Assembly: GCA_913043905.1 (NCBI GenBank)
Contig: CAJWNQ010000007.1
Coordinates: forward strand, 391-64,390
Reading direction: 5' to 3'
DNA from: an uncultured Rhodobacteraceae bacterium
GTDB lineage: Bacteria; Pseudomonadota; Alphaproteobacteria; Rhodobacterales; Rhodobacteraceae
DNA length: 64,000 nucleotides
The position numbers and the translations under genes were made by a program. Of the stretch, positions 39,165-49,096 are shown in pieces; position 1 is the stretch's first letter; each line of letters begins with the position of its first letter. A model generated the notes under the pieces. It saw only the letters and a program-made list of their open reading frames with translations, searched no databases and was not told the DNA's origin.

Positions 39165-40709
39165 TTAATTAATTCTCTTCATCCAATAGCCACCCGCTTC
39201 ATCTTGGACTTCCTTTAAGCGGTTGGACCATATATTTGCTTCAATTTCTGGTAGTTTATTTTTGAGTGCTTCTACTTTTTCAATTATATAATTAGCTCTT
39301 ACATCACCATTAGATTTAGCAATAAGTGCCCAAAAATACGCACTCTCATATGATTTTGGACTACTGTTACCTGTTAAGTAACCTCGAGCTAAAGAATAGA
39401 ATTGTGGTTCATCCTTATTTTTTGTTTCTTTAAAATTAGTTGTTTCTTGTTGTAACTGAATTATTTCTGAAAGGCTAAGTTGCTTTTCTATAGTATTCAA
39501 ATAAGTCGGTGCATTTTTATTTCCTTGAGATCCCATTTTTTGAGCTACTATATACGCATCACTGAAGCTGCCTTCAGATAGGTATAAATCAATCAACATC
39601 TCATTAGCCTTTTCATGGCCATTTGAAGCTAAATACTCAAATATTTTCCTAGATAAGTTTGAATTCTTTATTGTGCCAATGCCACTATTAAAAGAAATCC
39701 CCAATTCAAATAATTTTTTTGTTTCAAATCCAGAAAGATTACCATTTAGTATTTTATCTAAATCAGATTTAGAAACATGCTTTGATTGTTTAGCGTTATT
39801 TACAGAAATAACAGGATTTAACCTAATATATGTTAAGTTTGGGTTTTGGAAAATTTCATAGTCCAGATTTACTCCATCTGCAGATGAAATTTGAGTGGAA
39901 ATTGTTATAGACTTAGGCTCCTCTATAAAGTCATCAACAGCCTGAGCTACTTGCCCAGATATTTTATCTACCAAATTTTGATTTAAAATATTTTTTAATT
40001 CTTGCGCAAGAAATAGAGATACACCGGTTCCAGCAATTCCACTTTGAACAAATTGCTTGGGTAATTGTTTAGATATATTTTCCCAAAGACCATTGTTTTC
40101 AAATCTTACATGCAAAGCCTGCAGTTTAGCAACGAATGTAAGGTCTGAATTGGTTGCAACAGAAAAATAGCCCAAATCAGCACCCATTGTAAAACTTACT
40201 GAATCTTGCAACTCACCATATAAAGCAAATGTAGTGGCTGCTGATTTATATTCATGCCCAATATCAATTTTTAAAAATGGAATATTTATATTTGAAATTC
40301 CAGATAAAGAAAGCATTGCACGTGTTTCAAGTGGAAAGCAAAATTGATTTATTTCAAGGTCAGATACTCCAATTGAAAATTGTTCAGAAGATAAGTTTTC
40401 ATTACGGGTGCCTGATATATTTAATGCCCCCATATCAATTTCGCATCCGTCTAATGCCTCAAGTGAAAAAGGTATAATCTTTAGCCCAGAGACAAAAAAA
40501 GTTTCTAAATTTGGATCGTACCTAACATCCTCATAACTGATCTCAGCAAATGACCTAGCTGTTGAAACACCAATCTCAAATAATCGATTTGATATTTTAT
40601 TTATTATTTTTATTGGATCTATGGATAAGCCTTCAGCAGACGCACTGGTGGAAACACTTAAAATCAACAACACTGATATTATTTTTGAAAATCTATAAAT
40701 TATTTTCAT
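39165..40709 (-). CDS. Large secreted hypothetical protein with C-terminal Sel1/TPR-like repeats
   Basis: 514 aa with a signal peptide. The C-terminal segments (..AYIVAQKMGSQGN.., ..ARGYLTGNSSPKSYESAYFWALIAKSNGD..) resemble Sel1 repeats. Confidence 0.65.
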   Translation of the reverse strand: MKIIYRFSKIISVLLILSVSTSASAEGLSIDPIKIINKISNRLFEIGVSTARSFAEISYEDVRYDPNLETFFVSGLKIIPFSLEALDGCEIDMGALNISGTRNENLSSEQFSIGVSDLEINQFCFPLETRAMLSLSGISNINIPFLKIDIGHEYKSAATTFALYGELQDSVSFTMGADLGYFSVATNSDLTFVAKLQALHVRFENNGLWENISKQLPKQFVQSGIAGTGVSLFLAQELKNILNQNLVDKISGQVAQAVDDFIEEPKSITISTQISSADGVNLDYEIFQNPNLTYIRLNPVISVNNAKQSKHVSKSDLDKILNGNLSGFETKKLFELGISFNSGIGTIKNSNLSRKIFEYLASNGHEKANEMLIDLYLSEGSFSDAYIVAQKMGSQGNKNAPTYLNTIEKQLSLSEIIQLQQETTNFKETKNKDEPQFYSLARGYLTGNSSPKSYESAYFWALIAKSNGDVRANYIIEKVEALKNKLPEIEANIWSNRLKEVQDEAGGYWMKRIN

Positions 40710-41005
40710 ACTTTACCTTTCACGTAGATTAGCATCTATCAGATTAGTCACCTCTATCTTTTGAGATATCAGGAGGCGTCATTAGACATCATATCTATAC
40801 CGATACCTTGCTCAGAAGCAATAAACCCCAGTTTTCCAAGTGGTATTTATTTCAATTTACCGTGCTTTATAATACTACTCCATTAATATTACCTCAATTT
40901 ATGGTAATATTATTTATGGCATAATTAAAGTATATTTTATTGCCTTAAATATGATAATGTATCCCGAAGATTGGCTGAACAGATTGAAACTAATAAATAA
41001 CAGAT

Positions 41006-41893
41006 TTAAAATTCTTGTAGCAACTTTTCAAGAGTATCAACGGCAGCTTCACCCTTAAGGCTATGTTTCCATAAGTTTTCAGTAACACTTTGGTGTAACT
41101 TAATGACCTCTCGAGCAGAGGTTATTGTCGCAACGCCAATTCTTACATTTGCAGAAGCACCTAATCTATAAGGACTAGTAGCTACTTGCGCATTAATACC
41201 TTTGCGAAGGATCTGAAAGCTGGTACCTGGCATAGAATCTTGCACCACTCCTATTTGGACACCAATTGGCTGCTCTTTAAGAAGAGAAATAACATTCCTA
41301 ACTTCCAAGACAGCTGCTTTTTTACGAGTATCAATTTTATTTGGATTTAAATTTGTACTTCCAACAAAGCCTGATCTAACAAATTGTTCAAGTTCCAAGG
41401 CTGAGATTAGAGCTATGATATTGGGTTTCCGTTTTTTAAACGCTTTTTTGCGACTAAGTAAAATTTCAATTAATTGAGATATTGAACTTTCCAGCCCCCC
41501 CCTGTTTGCAGCACTATCTGGCACACTTTCAAGTAACACTTGAGGAAGCAGTTCATCATAACTGTCTGATGTCAATAAATATGGAACAGGACCAAACAAA
41601 ACTGTAATCTGGTCTGCTTCAGCCTCAATTTGTCTGAGGCGTTCAAAAAATGTAACTGCTGAAGCAATATTTTCAGATCCAACACCAAAAAGTGAGGCAA
41701 GTGAAACATCCAGTAAATCTGCAATTTTACCAAGTGCATCAACACGAATGGGTTTTCCTGCTTCATACCTATAAATTGATGCTATAGAAATCCCAGTTTT
41801 CTTTGCAACATCTTCTGGAGATAATCCCATCCCCAAACGATAAGATTTTAATCTGTTACCAATTTCAGAGATCATTTGGAACTGTGAGGTCAT
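41006..41893 (-). CDS. XRE-family HTH transcriptional regulator with ~220-aa C-terminal (effector?) domain
   Basis: IGNRLKSYRLGMGLSPEDVAKKTGISIASIYRYEAGK = Cro/C1-type HTH. It is divergent from the TRAP/pyr operon. Confidence 0.85.
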   Translation of the reverse strand: MTSQFQMISEIGNRLKSYRLGMGLSPEDVAKKTGISIASIYRYEAGKPIRVDALGKIADLLDVSLASLFGVGSENIASAVTFFERLRQIEAEADQITVLFGPVPYLLTSDSYDELLPQVLLESVPDSAANRGGLESSISQLIEILLSRKKAFKKRKPNIIALISALELEQFVRSGFVGSTNLNPNKIDTRKKAAVLEVRNVISLLKEQPIGVQIGVVQDSMPGTSFQILRKGINAQVATSPYRLGASANVRIGVATITSAREVIKLHQSVTENLWKHSLKGEAAVDTLEKLLQEF

Positions 41894-41968
41894 TTTAATA
41901 TATTTCTAAATTTATTATATGAATAACATAATAAAAACTTCTTTTACTGTATAGTCATATCTTATAAT

Positions 41969-41986
41969 TTTATCAAATTTGATAAA
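41969..41986. promoter_or_regulatory. Perfect 18-bp palindrome TTTATCAAATTTGATAAA, candidate operator for the XRE regulator
   Basis: Exact dyad in the 151-bp divergent intergenic region. It begins immediately 3' of a perfect TATAAT (41963-41968) and is 4 nt upstream of TTGACT (41991-41996). Confidence 0.5.
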
Positions 41987-42044
41987 TTTCTTGACTCTTT
42001 CACATTACTGGGCTCTTTTTCTTCTATTAACAGTGGAGGAAAAA

Positions 42045-43058
42045 ATGAAAAATAAATTTAAGATTAGCCGACAACGATTATCTACAATTGCCCTATGTGC
42101 TTTAGCATTTACATCTAACCCCGCTCTGGCACAGGACTTCGTAGCAAGAATTGGGCACCTAGAGTCACCCCAACAAAGCCGACATGTTCATCTTGAACGA
42201 GTGGCTGGATTAGTCTCAGAACGAACTGGCGGCGCAGTTGAATTCCAACTTTTCCCGCAAGCCCAGCTAGGAAACCAACGAGTAATGACAGAAGGCGTTC
42301 AATTAGGGACATTAGAAGCGACCGTTTCGCCAGCAGCCTTTCTTGGCGGTTTTAATTCAGCCATATCTATATTGGATATCCCCTACTTAATGCCAGCAGA
42401 TTCAGCAAAGGCCCAGGCTTTACGTGAGGGCCCTTTTGGAGATGCATTGCTTGAAAGCTTTAGCAGTAAGGGTGTCGTTGGTGTAGCTTGGTGGCCAAAT
42501 GGAATGAAAAACTTTACTTCAAATAAGCCTCTAAATAACATTGCAGCATTTGCAGATCAAAAGTTTCGTGTGATGGACTCAAAAATCTTAATTGAACAAT
42601 TTAATGCACTTGGCGCATCTGCTATAGCATTACCATTTGGCGAATTATATACATCTTTGCAAACTGGAGTTGTCGACGGACAAGAAAACCCTCTTGATAC
42701 TATTCTTCGTATGAAGTTTTTTGAGGTCCAAGATTACCTAGTAATTTCAGAGCATGGCGCAATGGAAGACCTCGTTCTTTTTAATCCAACCTGGTGGAAT
42801 AGCCTTCCAGATGAATATCAAGGCATTATCAAAGATGCGTTTAACGAAGTTGTTCCTGATTTGATTGTTCACAAGGGAGAGGCCGTAAAAGGCGCACTTG
42901 ATGCAATTGCGAAAAGTGACATAAACATTCGGACAGCTTCTGCCGATGAGCGAAGCGCATTCCGTGATGCTATGTATGATGGTTCAGCCGCTGCATACAT
43001 CGATCGTGCCGGAGATGCAGGCCAAAAGCTTATCGATATATATACAGCGAACCATTAA
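42045..43058 (+). CDS. DctP-family TRAP transporter substrate-binding protein (carboxylate-type)
   Basis: The ATG at 42045 is preceded by GGAGGA. Signal peptide present. The conserved DctP features FRVMDS (carboxylate-binding Arg region) and LQTGVVDGQENP are present. Confidence 0.9.
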   Translation: MKNKFKISRQRLSTIALCALAFTSNPALAQDFVARIGHLESPQQSRHVHLERVAGLVSERTGGAVEFQLFPQAQLGNQRVMTEGVQLGTLEATVSPAAFLGGFNSAISILDIPYLMPADSAKAQALREGPFGDALLESFSSKGVVGVAWWPNGMKNFTSNKPLNNIAAFADQKFRVMDSKILIEQFNALGASAIALPFGELYTSLQTGVVDGQENPLDTILRMKFFEVQDYLVISEHGAMEDLVLFNPTWWNSLPDEYQGIIKDAFNEVVPDLIVHKGEAVKGALDAIAKSDINIRTASADERSAFRDAMYDGSAAAYIDRAGDAGQKLIDIYTANH

Positions 43059-43160
43059 AAAAGATTTTAATGTAGCCAGGCCTACCAAAAATAGGCCTGG
43101 TGAAAGTTTTATTTAGTTCATGAGACTTAATCTCTTTGCAGGTGATTAAAGGAAAATACA

Positions 43161-43670
43161 GTGAAATTATTATTTTACATACGCCTAGCAGAGCGGTCAT
43201 TTTTAGTAGCACTATTCTTAGCAATGGTAGTACTTTTTTTTGGTAATGTTATCGCCAGAGAAATAGGTGGAACATTTGCAAGCAAATTTGCTTGGATAGA
43301 GGAAGCCGTGAGGTTCATGAATATATTTTTAGTATTTATAGCACTTGGGCTTGCTTTGGAAAAAGGTCGCCATGTTGGAATAGATACGCTTCGAGACAGA
43401 TTACCCAAAAATCTAAGAAAGTCTCTTCTAAAAATTATTGATGCCACAGGTTTTTTCTTTGCAATCTACCTCTCATGGCTTGGAATTGGTCTTGTTAAAT
43501 TCGTCCTAATGACAGGCCAAAGAAGTCCCACGCTAGATATTCCTGTAGGTTGGGTTTATTCTGCACCAGTAATTGGCTTTGGCCTCTTAGCGCTACGATT
43601 TGCACTAAGCTTCTTTGGCTACATAGACCGCTTTACCATATATGATTCGAATGTGGAGGCTGAGCAATAA
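43161..43670 (+). CDS. TRAP transporter small permease (DctQ)
   Basis: 169 aa, 4 TM. GTG start preceded by AAAGGA. Positioned between dctP and dctM. Confidence 0.85.
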   Translation: MKLLFYIRLAERSFLVALFLAMVVLFFGNVIAREIGGTFASKFAWIEEAVRFMNIFLVFIALGLALEKGRHVGIDTLRDRLPKNLRKSLLKIIDATGFFFAIYLSWLGIGLVKFVLMTGQRSPTLDIPVGWVYSAPVIGFGLLALRFALSFFGYIDRFTIYDSNVEAEQ

Positions 43671-44950
43671 TGCTTTTTTTAATTATTGGTTTAGCCGCGA
43701 TTTTGCTTATTCTTGGATTTGAAATGTTTCTTGTGTTGGGAATACCTGCACTTGCAACTAAAGAAGCTTTTTATGGAAATATTCCAGATCTAGCAGTTAT
43801 TCAGAAGATTTTTGGTGGAATTGATCACACCACACTTCTTGCAATTCCATTTTTTATATTTGCCGCCCACCTTATGGGCTCTGGGCAAATATCAAAAAAC
43901 TTAACAGGCCTAGTTAGATCACTTATTGGCCATACTCGCGGAGGTATGGGCCATACAGTAATTGGCGCATCAATGGCCTTTGGGTCTGTGTCAGGATCAG
44001 CACCAGCAACGGTGGCAGCCATGGGCAAAATGGTATACCCAGAAATGCGCAAAAATGGTTTCTCAGAAAAATTTAGCCTTGGTCTGCTTGTTGCCAGTGC
44101 AGAAACAGCACTTTTAATTCCTCCTTCTATTACATTTATTATCTATGGCTGGATGACGGGTACATCAATTGCTAAACTTTTTGCTGGCGGCTTAGCTGTT
44201 GGTATATTTTTGGGCTTAGCCTTTGCTATTATGGTATGGATTGAAGCCAAACGCTGCGGAATCCAGCCTGATAAAAAAACAACTTGGGGTGAAAGATATA
44301 CAGCAACCAGAAAGGCAGTATGGGCACTTGGCATGCCATTTATTATCCTAGGTGGTATATACTCTGGCACAATAACACCAACTGAAGCTGCCGCTGTGAG
44401 CGTTGTCTATGCTATTTTTGTTGAGATGGTAATTTATCGTAATTTTAGTTTTAAAGATTTGGTAAATATTACAGAACAAAGTGCTATAGCGACTTGTGTG
44501 ATATTTATCCTGCTCGCGATGGGTGGTCTAATTTCATTTTATGTCACACTAGCTCAGGTTCCAACGCAAATTACAGACTTTTTAACCGCTATAGATGCTG
44601 GGCCATTCCAGTTTCTCTTAGCTGTAAATATATGCTTTCTAATTGCAGGTATGTTTATTGATCCAAACTCTGCATTACTTATTCTTGTCCCCCCCCTCTT
44701 CCCAGTAGCAACAGCCATGGGTGTCGATCCTGTTCACTTTGGCATGATAGTAACTCTTAATATTAGCCTTGGAATGATCACACCACCTTTTGGCCTAGAC
44801 ATATTCGTTGCATCTTCCACTTTAAACAAACCTGTCCTTAACATTATAAACGGTGTCTGGCCGTTCGTATTTGTCAACATTTTAGTTTTAATGGTTGTTA
44901 CTTACGTACCCCAAATATCACTTTTTATTCCACAATTAATCTTTGGTTGA
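43670..44950 (+). CDS. TRAP transporter large permease (DctM)
   Basis: 426 aa, about 12 TM. ATGA-type overlap with dctQ. Confidence 0.9.
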   Translation: MLFLIIGLAAILLILGFEMFLVLGIPALATKEAFYGNIPDLAVIQKIFGGIDHTTLLAIPFFIFAAHLMGSGQISKNLTGLVRSLIGHTRGGMGHTVIGASMAFGSVSGSAPATVAAMGKMVYPEMRKNGFSEKFSLGLLVASAETALLIPPSITFIIYGWMTGTSIAKLFAGGLAVGIFLGLAFAIMVWIEAKRCGIQPDKKTTWGERYTATRKAVWALGMPFIILGGIYSGTITPTEAAAVSVVYAIFVEMVIYRNFSFKDLVNITEQSAIATCVIFILLAMGGLISFYVTLAQVPTQITDFLTAIDAGPFQFLLAVNICFLIAGMFIDPNSALLILVPPLFPVATAMGVDPVHFGMIVTLNISLGMITPPFGLDIFVASSTLNKPVLNIINGVWPFVFVNILVLMVVTYVPQISLFIPQLIFG

Positions 44951-44962
44951 GAGAGGCACATT

Positions 44963-45808
44963 ATGACAATTCAACAATTGCCAAACATAGAAAATGCTTC
45001 TCCAGCCACCAAAAATATTTACGAAGTGGACACATTTGTAAAAAGTAACACAGCAATTACTGAAGAGTACCGCCTCCTCATTCTTGAAGCACCAAAAACT
45101 ATACTAAATTGTCAACCAGGACAATTTTTTCACCTTCAATGTCCAGTTACAAGGTCCCATCAACCTTATTTGCGACGTCCAATGAGTATTTACAGTTACT
45201 CTCAACAAGATTGCGAACTTCAGTTTCTCTTCAAGGTAACGGGTGAAGGAACTCAGGCTCTTTCAGAACTTAAAAATGGTGATACCCTTAACGTCCTAGG
45301 CCCCCTTGGTGTTGGATTTTCTATAGAGCCTGAGTGGGAAAATCTTTTATTGCTCGCTCGCGGTGTCGGCCTAGCAACTCTAGCACCGCTCGCTCAAGAG
45401 GCAAACAGACTGGGGAAAAAACTAACAGCAATCTGTTCGGCTCGTTCACCAAATGCTCTTATGTCTATAGATTACTTTAAAGATATGGGAGCAGATGTGA
45501 TCACCATTACTGATACAGAGGGTACCTCTACATTAGATAATATGAGACATATCATTGAGTTAAAAATTTCCCAAGGCGCCGTCGACGTAATGTATACATG
45601 TGGCTCAAATCGCATGCTGAAATTGCTTCAAGAAATTGGAAATTTACACTCACTTCCTGGAGAAATAGCTCTAGAACAGCAAATGGCTTGTGGTTTGGGC
45701 ATGTGCCAGTGCTGTGTACGCTCCTTCAACCGATGCGGGGTTATAACCCAAGAACGTGTGTGCCGGGAAGGCCCTGTCTTTAAGATTCAAGAAGCAATGC
45801 CATGGTAA
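44963..45808 (+). CDS. pyrK: Dihydroorotate dehydrogenase (class 1B) electron-transfer subunit, FAD/[2Fe-2S] (PyrK-like)
   Basis: Ferredoxin-reductase-type fold (RRPMSIYS FAD motif, GPLGVGF NAD motif) and the C-terminal cluster motif CGLGMCQCCV....C. Confidence 0.8.
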   Translation: MTIQQLPNIENASPATKNIYEVDTFVKSNTAITEEYRLLILEAPKTILNCQPGQFFHLQCPVTRSHQPYLRRPMSIYSYSQQDCELQFLFKVTGEGTQALSELKNGDTLNVLGPLGVGFSIEPEWENLLLLARGVGLATLAPLAQEANRLGKKLTAICSARSPNALMSIDYFKDMGADVITITDTEGTSTLDNMRHIIELKISQGAVDVMYTCGSNRMLKLLQEIGNLHSLPGEIALEQQMACGLGMCQCCVRSFNRCGVITQERVCREGPVFKIQEAMPW

Positions 45809-46746
45809 ACCTTAAGACAAAAATAGGTGAATTAATCCTTAAAAACCCGATCATGCCAGCTTCGGGAACCTTCTCTGAAGACCTTGCAGAAGTACTAGAC
45901 CTTAATAAACTTGGCGCACACGTAACAAAGACAATTACAGAAGAAAAACGTTGTGGAAATCCTTCCCCTCGCGTGTGCGAAGTAAGTGGTTCAATGTTGA
46001 ATTCGATCGGTATTCCCTCAAAAGGAATTGAGTATTTTATTGATACAGTTATTCCTTTTTATAGTCAGTATAATGTTCCTCTTATTGTTAGTATTTCCGC
46101 ACAAACTTCAGATGGGTTTGCACGAATTTGTGAACGCGTTTCAGTACCTGGGGTAGATGCTATTGAAGTTAATATATCATGTCCAAATATTGAAGAAGAC
46201 GGCAAGGCATTTGCCATGCGCCCATCCACAACTCAAAGCGTTATGACTAAATTACGTAGTGCTACAGATCTTCCTCTCTGGGCAAAATTGAGTCCAAATA
46301 CTGGTGAAACCATTGAGGTGGCTATGGCAGCTGAAGAATCAGGGGCAGATGCACTTGTCGTCTCAAATACAATGCTATCAATGGCGATCGATATTCATAG
46401 TCGTAAGCCAAAACTTGGGAACCTTATGGGGGGGCTTTCTGGGCCATCTCTAAAGCCGATAGCACTACGCATGGCTTATCAGTGCGCCAAATCAGTCAGT
46501 ATTCCAATTATTGGTTGTGGTGGCATTTCAACAGTTGAAGATATTATTGAATATTTAATTGCAGGCGCTACCGCTATTCAAGTTGGCACTGCAACTTTTA
46601 TTAATCCAAATGCAATGGTCACATTACTTGCCGACCTCGAGAACTTTCTACAAAAGCAAAACATACAGAATATTTCAGATTTAATTGGATCAGTTCGAGA
46701 TGAAGATGCAACTGATGACGTTGTATTCATGGAAACAGCACCATGA
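45802..46746 (+). CDS. pyrD: Dihydroorotate dehydrogenase class 1B catalytic subunit (PyrD-like; DPD/PreA-like is the alternative)
   Basis: NPIMPASGTF, the active-site NISCPNI (class-1 Cys base), and the FMN-binding GCGGIST..D. It overlaps pyrK by 7 nt. Confidence 0.8.
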   Translation: MVNLKTKIGELILKNPIMPASGTFSEDLAEVLDLNKLGAHVTKTITEEKRCGNPSPRVCEVSGSMLNSIGIPSKGIEYFIDTVIPFYSQYNVPLIVSISAQTSDGFARICERVSVPGVDAIEVNISCPNIEEDGKAFAMRPSTTQSVMTKLRSATDLPLWAKLSPNTGETIEVAMAAEESGADALVVSNTMLSMAIDIHSRKPKLGNLMGGLSGPSLKPIALRMAYQCAKSVSIPIIGCGGISTVEDIIEYLIAGATAIQVGTATFINPNAMVTLLADLENFLQKQNIQNISDLIGSVRDEDATDDVVFMETAP

Positions 46747-48020
46747 ATGTAAAACACAAATTTACGATAGATACTGCGGAATTATTGCTTGCAAATTCAT
46801 GGTTTACAGCTGTTGAATACATGAGCCCCGATGAAGAAGGTGTCACCCGACCTGCATTTTCAGCGATGGAAACCCAAGTTCTTGATTACCTAGCAGACCA
46901 AGCAAGGTCTGCAGGGTTAGCAGTCACATTTGATGCAGGTCAAAATGCAATTTTCTCTTTGCCAGAAGATGCAAATGTTGAAGAATATGTACTAGTTGGT
47001 TCACATGTTGATACTGTTCCCATGGGCGGGAACTTCGATGGCTTAGCAGGCGTACTGGCAGGGTTACTCTGCCTCATTAGAGCTCAAGCCAATAATATCA
47101 AATTCAAACGTCCAGTAAAAGTTATTGCCATGCGTGGTGAAGAAAGTGCCTGGTTTGGGCCATGCTATATAGCTTCTAAAGCTCTTTTGGGTGTTCTTTC
47201 GGGCGCTGAACTAACTTCACCCCATAAAAATGATGGCCGAACACTTAGTAGTCACATGTCAGATGTTGGTATAAATATGGAACCAATTATTGCAGGGAAA
47301 CCATTACTAAAAAAAGAAAAAGTTCTTGAATACATCGAGTTACACATTGAACAAGGACCACTCTTAATTGGAAAAAATATGCCAGCTGCAGTAGTATCTG
47401 CTATTAGAGGTAATATTCGCCATAAAAAAGTTAGGTGCATTGGCGAAGCTGGACATTCTGGGGCAGTACCTCGAGCATTTCGCAAAGATCCCGTACTTGC
47501 AATGGCTAACTTACTCAATCGTTTAGACGAAAGCTGGCTGACAATTCTTCAAAAAGGTGATGATTTAGTGCTCACATCTGGAATTGTCTCTACAGATCCC
47601 AAAAGACACGCCATGTCGCGAATACCAGACGAAGTTGGTTTTAGTTTAGATATTCGGAGCCAAAGTCAAGATGTTTTAGACGCTATGACTATTCTTCTAA
47701 AAGAAGAAATTAATGACATCGAGTGTGAACGTCATGTCAAGTTTGATCTTGATCCTGCTCATATTACTCCACCTGCACTTATGGATACTGAGGTTGTAAA
47801 AAATCTTGAAAAGGCAATGTCGCGAATTGGTTTAAAACCTACAACTATGGCGTCAGGTGGCGGCCATGATGCAGCAATATTTGCAAATGCAGGCATTCCT
47901 ACAGCAATGATTTTTGTCAGAAATCAAAATGGTTCCCATAACCCTCTAGAAGCTATGAAAACTGAAGACTTTCTTGTTGGCACCTCAATTATTTATGAAC
48001 ACCTCACAGGGGCTAACTAA
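46743..48020 (+). CDS. M20-family Zn amidohydrolase of the N-carbamoyl-L-amino-acid hydrolase / allantoate amidohydrolase / beta-ureidopropionase group
   Basis: GSHVDTVPMGGNFDGLAGVLAGL is the hallmark of the AmaB/HyuC/AllC group. The gene is 425 aa with 4-nt overlaps on both sides. Confidence 0.85.
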   Translation: MNVKHKFTIDTAELLLANSWFTAVEYMSPDEEGVTRPAFSAMETQVLDYLADQARSAGLAVTFDAGQNAIFSLPEDANVEEYVLVGSHVDTVPMGGNFDGLAGVLAGLLCLIRAQANNIKFKRPVKVIAMRGEESAWFGPCYIASKALLGVLSGAELTSPHKNDGRTLSSHMSDVGINMEPIIAGKPLLKKEKVLEYIELHIEQGPLLIGKNMPAAVVSAIRGNIRHKKVRCIGEAGHSGAVPRAFRKDPVLAMANLLNRLDESWLTILQKGDDLVLTSGIVSTDPKRHAMSRIPDEVGFSLDIRSQSQDVLDAMTILLKEEINDIECERHVKFDLDPAHITPPALMDTEVVKNLEKAMSRIGLKPTTMASGGGHDAAIFANAGIPTAMIFVRNQNGSHNPLEAMKTEDFLVGTSIIYEHLTGAN

Positions 48021-49078
48021 TGATCCAAACAGAAGTTCTATTGAACATGCCTGATGATATGCACCTTCACCTTAGGGATGGAAACATATTAAATGGGGTC
48101 GTTGGCTATAGTGCCCGCAACTTTGGGCGCGCAATTATTATGCCAAACTTAGTACCACCAATTTCTACGTCTGATGCTGCATTAGATTACAGGCGTCGCA
48201 TATTAAATGCACTTGACCATAAATCAACATTTCAGCCTTTGATGACATTGTACCTAACAGAATCTACAACATCCCATGAAATAGAAAAGGCTGCAGCCTC
48301 ACCATTCATCAAAGCTGTGAAGCTTTATCCAGCGGGTGCTACAACAAATTCAGAGAGTGGTGTTCGTAATATAAAAAAATCCTATCATTTATTCAGGAAA
48401 ATGGCTGAGCTTGACTTGCCATTACTTGTTCATGGTGAGGTTACAGATCCAGATATAGATATTTTTGATCGCGAGGAAGTATTTATAGACAGAATTCTTG
48501 AACCATTAAGACGCGAGATTCCTGATCTTCGAATAGTTATGGAACATGTTACAACAAAAAATGGAGTGGATTATGTAAAAAATTCAAAAAAGAATTTATT
48601 TGCAACCTTAACTACACACCATTTAATGCTGAACAGAAATGCAATGTTAGTTGGCGGTCTCCGCCCTCACTACTATTGCTTACCAATATTAAAACGTGAA
48701 AAACACCGCGCAGCCTTGCGCTCAGCAGCAACATCAGGTGATCCACGATTTTTCCTCGGAACAGATTCCGCTCCACACCTCACACATACTAAAGAAAGTG
48801 CATGCGGTTGTGCTGGAGTATTTTCAGCAGTAAATTCAATGGGCTGCTTGGCCACAGTTTTTGAAGAAGAAAATGCGCTCTCTAAACTTAATAAATTCAC
48901 AGCTGAAAATGGAGCTAACTTCTATGGACTAAAGGTAAACAAAAATAAAATTCGTTTAATTCGAAAGTCAAAAGTAGCAATTTTTCCAGATACCATTAGT
49001 ATAGGAAATGAGACTATAACTGTGTTTGACCCTGGCATACCAATTTATTGGCACATCGATTATATGATAAACGAATAA
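48020..49078 (+). CDS. pyrC: Dihydroorotase, homodimeric (E. coli PyrC) type
   Basis: It aligns by eye along its whole length with E. coli PyrC: DDMHLHLRDG, GRAIIMPNL.PP, AVKLYPAGATTNS, LPLLVHGEVT..DIDIFDRE, LRPHYYCLPILKR, FLGTDSAPH, KESACGCAG. Confidence 0.92.
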   Translation: MIQTEVLLNMPDDMHLHLRDGNILNGVVGYSARNFGRAIIMPNLVPPISTSDAALDYRRRILNALDHKSTFQPLMTLYLTESTTSHEIEKAAASPFIKAVKLYPAGATTNSESGVRNIKKSYHLFRKMAELDLPLLVHGEVTDPDIDIFDREEVFIDRILEPLRREIPDLRIVMEHVTTKNGVDYVKNSKKNLFATLTTHHLMLNRNAMLVGGLRPHYYCLPILKREKHRAALRSAATSGDPRFFLGTDSAPHLTHTKESACGCAGVFSAVNSMGCLATVFEEENALSKLNKFTAENGANFYGLKVNKNKIRLIRKSKVAIFPDTISIGNETITVFDPGIPIYWHIDYMINE

Positions 49079-49096
49079 GCTACCGAAAGAACAAAA

